Positions 10,589-19,683 of a stretch of 20,000 nt of DNA are shown here, in pieces. Each line of letters starts with the position of its first letter. Within the stretch, counting starts at the first letter, position 1. Source of the stretch: Chiloscyllium plagiosum (taxonomy: Eukaryota); the NCBI RefSeq assembly GCF_004010195.1, contig NC_057719.1, positions 27,881,974-27,901,973 on the forward strand, given 5' to 3'. A program made the translations under genes and the position numbers. Under the pieces are notes generated by a model. The model did not search any database. It saw only the letters and a list, made by a program, of their open reading frames with translations, and had not been told where the DNA came from.

Positions 10589-10830
10589 AACATAAGATAG
10601 AAGTAGATGATATTGGGCTTGACCACTGATCTGTCATTCAATACCATCATGGTCAATCTTGGGCTTTAAATTCACTTTCCTACCCCATCTCATATAGGCT
10701 ATTACCTTAGAGATTAAAAATGTCAGTAATGGAGTGTTCACAACCATCTTGGTTAGAAAACTCCAAAGATTTACAGCTCTTGCAATTAAAAATTGCTCAT
10801 CTTAGTCATGAACTCTTTATCCTGAGACAA
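10589..10830 (-). mobile_element. Old CR1 3'-end fragment
   Basis: AACATAAGATAGAAGTAG..CATTCAATACCATCATGG..GGTTAGAAAACTCCAAAGATTTACA matches the reverse-complement pattern of the CR1 ORF2 C-terminus (LWN.LP region) and 3'UTR. Recalled, not aligned. Confidence 0.55.
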
Positions 10831-12215
10831 TACTCTACTGCTCTCTAAAATTAAGCAATCTTTGTTGGCTGTCATAGACAAAAGGCATTACAAGTGATAG
10901 CACCGCAAGCAGGACAATATTCAGCATTACTGTAGAAGGAAACAAAACAGGACAAAAAGTCTGTGCTGCCTGAACAACTGGCAAAGGTTCTGACCTCTGG
11001 TCAATATTAGATGACTTTTCTTCAAAACATAAACGTAGTTACCAGATGAGAAATAATCACACAAATGAAATTTGAACACAGTCACCAAAACCTAGCTATA
11101 GTCAATTTGTTTGGACACACCACTGCAAACAAAACATCCAGTAGTCTTCATTCCCAATGACTGCCTAGACTGTTGGTATACTTTGTGAAAGGTCTTAGGA
11201 ACATACATGGATGCCTTCCAGAAACATTAACCATGCAGATTCACTTGAAGATGTATATCACAAAAGCAGTGGAGTGTGTTTCAATAGAAGTTATTTCAGA
11301 TGGAAAAGTATTTTCTTGTAAATACGCTGGGAATTACCCTTAAACCAATGTTATAGAAATATTATTCATTTTAACTAAATAGGTAACTTTAGGCAGGTGG
11401 AGAAATTGGAATGATAATACAAAAAATTCAAATATAACCTCAATCAACCTTCATAAACTACCATCTTCTCTGAAGCAGACATGAAGTAGAAAACCTGACC
11501 ATTTTAATTGAAGTCAATGAGAAAGTGGATAACAGAAAAGAATAACTTTCAAATGGTACATTTGTGCAGTGTATTCTGGTGCCAGATTTTATTTGAAGGT
11601 CATTTCGCTGCAATATGTTCACAGAATTCCTTCAAACTTTTGAAGTAAGTTGCATGATCTGGGATGAATTTTTACCAAAAACTTCACCCAATGGCCCATC
11701 TTTTCATTGACTGAACAAGAACTTTGCTCTCTGATAATACTTTCGAGACTAGTCCGTTGCTAGCTCAGTGAAGCATAATTTCCTTGGTCTTTGCAACCTT
11801 TGGCAGGTCAAGTACCTAGAGTCTCAAATACAGTCAGATCAGTTTCCAATATATAGTAATATGGCGTTGAACATCCATTAACTGAATAGCTCCTAAAGAT
11901 ACTCCTCTATTTTGTTGGCATAATCAGTTTTTCTTGAGCATTTCTCATGTAACCAAAATTTTTTTTTTTGCATTCTAACATGCCTGTTACATTGGGCATT
12001 TTATTATGTTAATGACACTATGCAAATACATATTGTCATCATCCATACCTGCCACAATGAAGTGGTAAGCCAACTTCTTAAAACATCATAGTTTATGTAG
12101 GAAAGGTATTTGGACAATGCATTAGGTGGAAAGTTTGGAATTGTTTATTCCGTGATGTTGAACGATTGTTCTCGTCCATCCAAGCACAAGTTCTAATTTG
12201 GGATGCTTGCATAAC

Positions 12216-12440
12216 AGTCAAAGATTGGGGTGCTGGAAAAGCACAGCTGGTCAGGCAACATCACAGGAGCAGGTGAATCAACGTTTCAGACACAAGCCCT
12301 TCATGAGGAATCCTGATGAAGGGCTTATGCCTGAAACATTGACTCTCCTGTTCCTTGGATGCTGTCTGACCGGCTGTGCTTTTCTAGCACCACACTCTTC
12401 GACTCTGATCTCCAGCATCTGCAGTCCTCATTTTTTCCAC
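12216..12440 (+). mobile_element. Fold-back PLE-terminal element (family A, diverged) with 11-bp TSD
   Basis: Inverted arms are centred at ~12309, and the right arm extends to CAGCATCTGCAGTCCTCATTTT. The TSD reads GCTTGCATAAC (12205-12215) / GCTTACATAGC (12441-12451). A decayed hammerhead GAAUC-CUGAUGA-A-GGGC-UUAU-GCCU-GAAAC-AUU-GACUC lies at 12308-12345. Confidence 0.85.
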
Positions 12441-12454
12441 GCTTACATAGCCTC

Positions 12455-12790
12455 GAGGTACACAATGCTGATATGGAATGCCTGCTGGTGAAGGCAGTGA
12501 ATGTTCAATGATGGGGTGCCAATCAAGTACAGCTATAATAACATTCAAAGAAGGGATCATTTCCAACTCCTGCCTCATAAATAGTGAAAAGGCTTCAGGT
12601 AGTCAGGAGTTGAGTTACTCCCCACAATATTCTCAGCCTTTGACCTGCCATAATATCTACTTGGTTAGTATCTTGTGGCCATAATATCTACTTGGTTGGT
12701 CGAGTTAAATTTTTGGTCAGAATGTCAGCAACTGCAAACTAATATGGGAAGATGGTCAGACTACCCCTTTTGGAGAAAGTAGTTGACTGG
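12455..12790 (-). mobile_element. Decayed CR1-group LINE RT C-terminal fragment
   Basis: The reverse complement resembles the 'DQKLNW..HI..VA..AGQRL.IL..VT.LL' region. An internal 20-bp duplication GCCATAATATCTACTTGGTT occurs at ~12647 and ~12678. Confidence 0.55.
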
Positions 12791-14057
12791 TAATGGTACA
12801 ACAAATTTATAATGCGGTATACTTGGTGAAAGTGAGGATGACCAAAGAAAATCAACGGTTATGGTACTATAAATGTAATAACAGCACATACAAATTTAAA
12901 ACTTTTTTTAATACAAATTTGGAAATGCAAGGATTTGAATCAAACACATCTAAGCTTTTGGTCTGAAGTAATCAATTTAGACCATGTGGATCAAAAAATA
13001 CAATATAATTATTGTTCATATTTAGTTTGTAATTTTAAAACATGTTTGAAGCTTTATTCACTATTAATAACACTTTTTGAATGCAAAGACAAAAGAACAT
13101 ACTGGCAATACGCCTTGCTGCAGTAATTAAGCCGCTCTACAGAATTCTCAGTGGAAAATATAAACCCCAATTCCTGTAAAACGATCAATACCAAAACTGA
13201 TATAACCCAATGACAATTTCCCTTCATCTACTTTGAAAGTAGAAAGCCAAATACTAGACGTCCAACACAATGACTCAAAAATAACCATCTTCAAAAGAAA
13301 TTTGGATCATCAGTGGGATCAGCGTTACCGCAAGAAAATGAACAAGGAAATACATTACCTCTCCTGCCCCTACAAAAGTTTCGTCAGAGCTTACAAGTGT
13401 CCAGAAAAATAAATCGCTGGTGTGGCTTGAAGAACTTGTCACAATTAAACCAAGTAATTAAATACAACTCCACAACACAGTACGACTTTTCACTAAAACC
13501 ACGAAATAGTTTTAGAGGCTTAAATCAAACGTGGCGGACATTTCGAAGCATACTGTCCCCCCAGGAAGGGTATTCCAATTAACATAATGTAAAATGAAAA
13601 AAAAACATAATTACATTAAAATCCGAACAAATAAGCAGAGACTCTCGTAAATGCCTCCTGAAGCTCCAGACCAGTTCCAGGTAAAGACACTCATCACCCA
13701 CTCGTCCTTATGGAGCCCTATCCCGACAACAGACAAATCCCGACACATCAGCTTGATGCCGGGGGTCCCTTAAACAAAGCGGCCCAAGGTCACCCGGAGA
13801 GAGGGAGGCCAGCCTCCCGCCAGCAGGCAGCAGCCTTTCCCCAGGACTGAGTGTCCAGGCCGAGTTCCAGCTCCACAAAATGGCGACGTGGATCCCGGAG
13901 CCAGAGTCCCGGGAGCTGCAGCCATTCTCCACTAAACCCAACACTACCCCCTCCCTCGGCTCTGGGCGATCGAAAACAGACATCGGCCTCCTCCACGACA
14001 ACAGGGTTCGAGCAGGACCCGCCCCCTTCCCTACCGAAAGCGGCCGCACTCACTCAC

Positions 14058-14086
14058 CACTTCTTCTCGGTACCGGGCGCCTGCAT
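14058..14086 (-). CDS. Predicted first coding segment (MQAPGTEKK + 2 nt, phase 2) within predicted exon 14058-14120; gene unidentified
   Basis: The minus strand reads ttttatag|GGATCGAGC...GCGAG ATG CAG GCG CCC GGT ACC GAG AAG AAG TG|gtgagt. The donor is strong, the acceptor is plausible, and there is a purine at -3. The ATG could instead belong to a uORF. Confidence 0.5.
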
Positions 14087-14261
14087 CTCGCGCTTATTGT
14101 CCTCGCCGGGGGCTCGATCCCTATAAAACTCGCAGCCACCGGGCTCTCGCTGTCTCTTGTTGGGAGGCTCGGGTCAGGCAGCCGCTTGGATCGTCACATC
14201 CGAGTCATAACTCTACGATCCCACCAAAACACAAGAATGGCGCCCGCTAACTTGCACTTAC

Positions 14262-14325
14262 ACCTCCGCGAACACCAACTTTCTGTCGGCCGCTTGTCGT
14301 CTCCCCTCCAACCCCCAAAGCTCTC
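14262..14325 (-). other. Predicted non-coding exon 1 (TSS approximate)
   Basis: It ends GCGGAGGT|gtaagt (donor at 14261), contains no ATG, and lies directly downstream of the motif cluster. This implies a 141-nt intron at 14121-14261. Confidence 0.55.
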
Positions 14326-14327
14326 CT

Positions 14328-14435
14328 TGCGTCAGCCTCACGCGCGCCTGACGTGATTGCGTCATGTGCGCGCATGTTCCCTCCACGTCCCGCCCCCTAT
14401 CCCGGCCCCGCCCCCCTGGCTGGAGGCTCCACGTG
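14328..14435 (-). promoter_or_regulatory. Proximal promoter motif cluster: 3 CRE/ATF half-sites, NRF1-like palindrome, 2 GC boxes, E-box
   Basis: TGCGTCA 14328-34, TGACGTG 14349-55, TTGCGTCA 14357-64, TGCGCGCA 14367-74, CCCGCCCC 14389-96, CCCCGCCCC 14406-14 and CACGTG 14430-35. Confidence 0.75.
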
Positions 14436-14499
14436 CCCAAGGCATCAGCTGTGCGGCAATGCCACGCTGGACAGACAATTTGCCAGCGATGCAAAGGGG

Positions 14500-14600
14500 T
14501 TAATGAATTGGGTCACTGGGCCCGAAGCGTTAACTCCGTTTGCCTCTCTACGAATGATGTCAGACCTGCTGAGATTCTCCAGCAATTTATGCTTTCGTTT
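14500..14600 (+). mobile_element. Single-arm PLE-terminal element (family B) next to the promoter
   Basis: GGGTCACTGGGCCCGAAGCGTTAACTCCGTTTGCCTCTCTAC..GTCAGACCTGCTGAGATTCTCCAGCAATTT is homologous to the arms at 3403-4066. Hammerhead helix II (GGGUC/GGCCC) is retained, but the core is mutated. Confidence 0.7.
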
Positions 14601-14754
14601 AATGCGGTTCAGCGAACCCAAACACGAACGCAGGAAATAAACCAACATACCCAACATCTAGGGATGGGGAGACATAATTAGGAAATGGGGTCAAATAAAA
14701 TAATTTTGTGATCATTTACATTTGCTTGATCGCATTGGCTTGCTTGTGGCTACT

Positions 14755-15800
14755 CAACATAGAACATGGAAAAAATTGCCCTTCAGCCCATCATATTCAC
14801 ACCGTCATGAAGAATCAATCAATTCCACAGCATATAGCTTGTAATAGTGCATGTTATGGTGTCTCAGATGCTCGTCTACTTTTAAATGACGTCAGGGTGT
14901 TCACCACCTCAAATCTTTTAAATCACACAATACCAGGTTTTTTAAACTTTGTCCACCCAAGTCCAACACCAGCACCTCCCAGTCAAGACAAACCTTTTTG
15001 GTAGTGAGTTCCAGATATCCATCAATTTTCATGTCATCTGCAAACTTACTGATCATGCCTCCTACATTCATGTCTAAATCATTACTGTATAATAATTAGT
15101 TTTCTTACAACTGGAAACATCTTCACCACATCCACTCTGTCTTGGTCTCTCAGTATTTGTAAGTTTCAGTGACATTTCCCCACCTCATCCTTCTGAACCC
15201 AGAGTCCTCAACTACTATTCGTATGACAAGCCCTTCATTGCCGGGATCATTCTTGTAAACCTCATCTGGACCTCTTCCAATGGCAGCACTTCCTTCCTTA
15301 GATATGTGGCCTAAAACAGCTCAAAATATTCCAAATATGTCATCCACACTTGTGTTCTAGCCCTCTCAAAACAAATGCTAGCATTGTTTTTGCATTCCTA
15401 ACTGCCTACTGTTAATCTTAAGAGAATTCTGAACTGGGTCTCCTAAATGCTTTGGTGCTACAAATTTTCAAAGTTTTTTCCCATTTAGAAAATAGTCTTT
15501 TTCAGGATGGCAGCCAGTGACTAATGGAGTTTCACATAGTTCAGTGTTGGGACCACAACTCCTTATGTTATCCATCAACAAACATTAAGCAAAAAGGAAA
15601 TGAGGGCATTGTCGCTAAGCGCCAGGTAATGTTGAGAAAGTGGGAAGGCTGCAGAAAGAGTGGGAGAGTGGGAAAAGTAGTGGCAGATGGAATACAATAT
15701 GGAAAAATGTGCAGTTATCTGTTTTGGTAGCAAGAAGAGAAGCATATATTATTTTATAAACTGAAATGAATGCTAACATTGCATTTGATTTCCTAACTAC
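14755..15800. mobile_element. Cluster of decayed CR1 fragments in both orientations
   Basis: The minus strand at ~15025-15057 encodes MISKFADDMKI (RT FADD motif). The minus strand at ~15225-15335 resembles LEY..QFW.PYLRK.VL.LE.VQ.RFTRMIP. The plus strand at ~15520-15563 gives TNGVSHSSVLGPQL (cf. SGVPQGSVLGP). Confidence 0.75.
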
Positions 15801-16088
15801 CAACTGAAGCTGCACATTGCTGTAGGTCTGGAGTCACATGAAGGCCAGACAGGTGAGGGTGGGAGAATGACGTGAGTGAGCCAGATGCAACTTGGACCTT
15901 ATTCAAAAGCTACTTTTGTTAAAACAAAGAAGTTCTTTTTGTCCTTTGTTTACTTTAAACATGTTGGTGCATGATATATGCTTAAATCAGTGATGATTCT
16001 CTGGTGGGATGACAATTCAAGTTATAATATGACAAAGAGCCAGTTACTCTACAACACAATTTCTGACATGAAACAACAATAATTGTAA

Positions 16089-16240
16089 GGCAAAGGTGTG
16101 GACTGCAGATGCTAGAAACCAGAGTCCAGATTAGAGTGGTGCTGGAAAAGCACAGCAGATCAGGCAGCATCCTGACCTGATTTTCCTACTCCTCGGATGC
16201 TGCCTGACCTGCTGTGCTTTTCCAGCACCACCCTAATCTA
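16089..16240 (-). mobile_element. Fold-back PLE-terminal element (family A-related) with exact 14-bp TSD and central deletion
   Basis: AGATTAGAGTGGTGCTGGAAAAGCACAGCAGATCAGGCAGCATCC is inverted against GGATGCTGCCTGACCTGCTGTGCTTTTCCAGCACCACCCTAATCT. TSD AACAATAATTGTAA lies at 16075-16088 and 16241-16254. The hammerhead segment is absent. Confidence 0.88.
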
Positions 16241-16280
16241 AACAATAATTGTAAAACAATCTAGAGGAATTTGTATTCAA

Positions 16281-17013
16281 GGACTTATACACTTAATGGT
16301 AAGGTCCTGAACAAAGAGACCTTGGAGTGCAGGTTCATAGCTCTTTGAAAGTGGAGTCGGAAGTAGATAGAATAGTGAAGAAGGCATTTGGTATGCTTTC
16401 CTTTATTGGTCAGAGTATTGAGTACAGGAATTGAGAGGTCATGTTGCGGCTGTACAGGACATTGGTTAGGCTGCTGTTGCAATTCTGGTCTTCCTATCAA
16501 AAAGATGTTGTGAAACTTGAAAGGGTTCAGAAAAAATTTGCAAAGATGTTGCCAGGGTTGGAGGATTTGAGCTATAGGGAAAGGCTGAACAGGCTGGGGC
16601 TGTTTTCCCTGGACCATCGGAGGTTGAGGGGTCACCTTATAGAGGTTTACAAAATCATGAGGAGCATGGATAGGATAAATAGACAAAGTCTTTTCCCTGG
16701 GGTCGGGGAGTCCAGAACTAGAGGGCATAGGTTTAGGGTGAGAGGGGAAAGAAATAAAAGAGACCTAAGAGCAACTTTTTCACACAGAGGCTGGTACATG
16801 TATGGAATGAGCTGCCAGAGAAAGTGGTGGAGACTGGTACAACTGCAACATTTAATAGGCATTTGGATGGGTATATGAATAGGAAGGGTTTGGAGGGACG
16901 TGGGTCGGGTGCTGGCAGGTGGGACTAGATTGGATTGGGATATCTGGTCGGCATGGATGGGTTGGACCGAAGGGTCTTTTTCCATGCTGTACATCTCTAT
17001 GACTCTATGACTC
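16281..17013 (+). mobile_element. 5'-truncated CR1 LINE (HER1-like), ORF2 C-terminus plus 3'UTR
   Basis: The ORF MLRLYRTLVR..QFWS.YQKDVVKLERVQKKFAKMLPGLEDLSYRERLNRLGLFSL..RRLRG.LIEVYKI..SRTRGH is the canonical CR1 C-terminus. It ends in an 8-mer tail (CTCTATGA)2. A possible TSD reads TGTATTCAA (16272-80) / TGTATTGAA (17014-22). Confidence 0.95.
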
Positions 17014-17279
17014 TGTATTGAATAAAATGTAAAATAAAGTCTTGCTTTTTGTGAACTTCCATCAGATATCACTCAAATATTAGAAAATAAAGATTAGCAC
17101 TTTATAGTGTATAGTGTATGAGAGCTAGTTAGTTATCAAATCTACATACTGCATGTCATGAAATGCCATGTATGTTTGATTTAGATCTTTTTAGTTTCAG
17201 GTCTCATCCAAGAGCTGGCACCTTCAAAAATACAGTATTTCTAGAGTTTTTTTAAAAGAAGAGAATAGCATAGAATAAA

Positions 17280-17492
17280 ACAGAATATCCACAATGTGGA
17301 AACAGGCCATTTGCCCCAATAAGTCTACACTGACGCTCCAAAGAGTATCCCACCCAGATCCATTCCCCTACCCTATTACTCTACATTTACCCTTGACTAA
17401 TGCACCTAGCCGACACATCCCTGATTGCTATGGGCAATTTGCTATGGGCAATTTAACATGGCCAATTCACCTAACCTGCAGATCTTTGGACA
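17280..17492 (-). mobile_element. 5'-truncated V-SINE (HE1-like) with CR1-derived tail
   Basis: The minus strand begins GTCCAAAGATCTGCAGGTTAGGTGAATTGGCCATGTTAAATTGCCC (V-domain-like) and ends ..GGCCTGTTTCCACATTGT, resembling the CR1 3' end at ~16970-16990. Confidence 0.75.
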
Positions 17493-17849
17493 CAGGTGCC
17501 TTCAATCAATGAAATAAATGATGGTATTGATAAAACATAAATATGATACTTCAATTTGAGCATGAGATGCTTGTATTATGCCAGAAGCTCAAATGTATGT
17601 ATAACTAAAAAGATGAGAACCGTAATAATTTTAAATTACTGAATCGATTTTCAATAAATCCCCTGCATATAACACAATGATAAAAATAGAAATGCATTTT
17701 AAACAATAATTCAGTGGAATGAATATATTGCAATAAGTGAACTGAAACTGTGCTCTCTAAATCAGTGGTAAACCAAGCAACTATTGTATTCTTTGGAAAG
17801 CCAAAAAAAGGTTCTGGCTTCCTCAGTGCTTTAATATATGCTATGTTAA

Positions 17850-17986
17850 TATATTCTGTGATATGATAATAAATTCTGTGAGCATGATCTTAATCTCCAC
17901 AACCACCTGATGAAGGAGCGACACTCCGAAAGCTAGTGCTTCCAAATAAACCTATTGGACTATAAACTGGTGTTGTGTGATTTTAA
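17850..17986 (+). mobile_element. Short PLE-terminal element (family C) with 9-bp TSD
   Basis: It contains a hammerhead motif followed by AATAAA, and is flanked by CTATGTTAA at 17841-17849 and 17987-17995. Confidence 0.7.
17904..17938 (+). ncRNA. Minimal type-I hammerhead ribozyme motif
   Basis: CAC-CUGAUGA-A-GGAG-CGACA-CUCC-GAAAG-CUA-GUG gives helix I CAC/GUG, helix II GGAG/CUCC, a palindromic helix III AGCU and the triplet CUA (17933-17935). Confidence 0.72.
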
Positions 17987-18049
17987 CTATGTTAACAAAG
18001 TAATATATTAATACCAACTAATGCAGATGTGAAAGATCACAAGTTTCAT

Positions 18050-18466
18050 GCCTTGGTCTTTGACTTTGATGCACCATACATGCTCATCTGTCTCGGTCTG
18101 TCTGCACCCTTTGATTCAACCGACCATAGCATTCCCCTTCAATACTTGTCCCAGTCCAGGAGAGTGGAACTGCCTCAACCAATTCCACATTAACTTATCC
18201 AATCATACTCAAGAAGTCCACTGCCTGTCTTCCCCTTCATGTAATCAGCTGAAATAATCCCACATTTTGTAATTTGCTTACTACACTTTTCTGACTCTCC
18301 ATCTCTTTCCTTCTGCTTTACAATCCTCCATAAAATTCATCAAACATTTTGTCACGCTTTTAATCTCACCATATTTGCTTTAGTGTCAGTTTTTTGGATG
18401 ATGGTATGCTTGTGAAATATCTTTGAACATTTCAATTCATTAAATATGCCATATACATGCAAGTTA
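18050..18466 (+). mobile_element. Internally deleted L2 LINE (RT fragment joined to 3' tail)
   Basis: It encodes MLICLGLSAPFDSTDHSIPLQ (cf. LLDLSAAFDTVDHSILL) and LNQFHINLSNHTQEV (cf. L.WF.SYLSNR.Q.V). An L2-like tail follows, ending TGCCATATACATGCAAGTT. Confidence 0.75.
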
Positions 18467-19683
18467 ACGCCATTATGCCAAGTTTATTACTAATAAGATA
18501 CTACAATTGGTTCCAGCACTCCTAAACTGAAGGGAAGTCTAGGATTAATGACAATCTTTTATTACACTGTCATGTCTTATTGAGTAGCACACTGGAAATC
18601 AAACCTTGCTATTCCCAGAGTTGTTACAAAAGTTATAAATTTTAATATAAGTACCAAAGTTCCCCAACATACCTGATTTTCTGACCCAGGTTGATAGAAA
18701 GCGTGAACCAAATTTCTGTACTAAACAATACTTACTATTTATTACAAGTAACTGGACTCTAGCCACAAGTAAATAGTTATAAACTGGTATATAACACAAC
18801 AAATTAAAACTTTAATTCTCTTTTAAATTTCCCTCACGCACAGACAAACAAAGACGGAAAAATAGGAGTGGTTCAGTGGTTCTATTTGTATGTTATTGAA
18901 ATGATCCTTATGATCTTTACTTTGTAAGAATGCTACTTTCTGTTGCCCTACTCTGGATGCTTCCATTGATTCACAACAGACACTGCATGATTGGTTCACT
19001 TATAAAAGGTCTGTGACTTGACAGGCAAAACTCTCAGCTAACAGCAGCTGATATGTGAAAAATGAAGTGGTTTTCTTCAGGTTTAAAATAGGTTTTGACT
19101 GCAGAAAACAACTTCAATGCTGATGGAGATCAAATCTTTTCTCTGTATGTTGTTCTCATCCCCAAGTTGTTTAGTTACCTGAAAGCACAGGCAAACATTT
19201 TTGTCATCAACAATTGGTCACTAGTTCATAGACCAACACCTTTTTTGCCACCCAGCTGTATCTGTACCCAGAACCCCTCAGCTCCGATTTGTCTGTGCCC
19301 ATTTCAATTACTGCTTAGTTACAAACAGATATTTAAATAATGCTTGCAAGAAGTATCAGGTTGCTTGCTTTTAAAATATGCATCAATCTTTAAAAACGCT
19401 TGTTTTAGAACAGGTATTTCTCATTTCAGTTCATGATTTTAAAAAGAGCAAAGCTAACAAGACATAGTCTTTACAACAACATACCCCCAAGTTCCTAACT
19501 TCAGAGTTTATTGTTGATTGCTTTCTTGAGATCCCTCCTTTAAAATTGTCTATCTGGGCAAGGAGGGGTGAGGAAGAACAGAAGACATTTTCCTTGGTTT
19601 GTTTCTTGGCCTGGCCATGGTGGCCATTAATAAATCCTGGCAGTATGTTGTAGAGAGGGTTCTCAACTGCATTATGTCTGCTA

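Larger units (their letters stand above)
13700..14480. promoter_or_regulatory. CpG island spanning the promoter and 5' exons of a minus-strand gene
   Basis: GC and CpG density rise abruptly against an AT-rich, CpG-poor background. The plus strand is C/A-rich, so the minus strand is G/T-rich as expected for a sense strand. YY1-like AAAATGGCG lies at 13877-13885 and AGAATGGCG at ~14234-14242. Confidence 0.92.

Noticed and set aside
11600..11830. Ancient RT-like coding remnant (QVKYLESQI)
   Set aside because: A single weak motif among many stops is not enough support.
13708..14681. Overlapping 70-158 aa ORFs in the CpG island
   Set aside because: Stop-poor GC-rich DNA gives ORFs in most frames. 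None resembles a known protein, and splice signals explain the region better.
16285..17072. Minus-strand ORFs of 147 and 141 aa
   Set aside because: They are antisense shadows of the CR1 element.
18627..19474. Old minus-strand solo LTR (TGTTACA...TTTACA)
   Set aside because: The termini are plausible, but there is no TSD and no second copy to confirm the boundaries.
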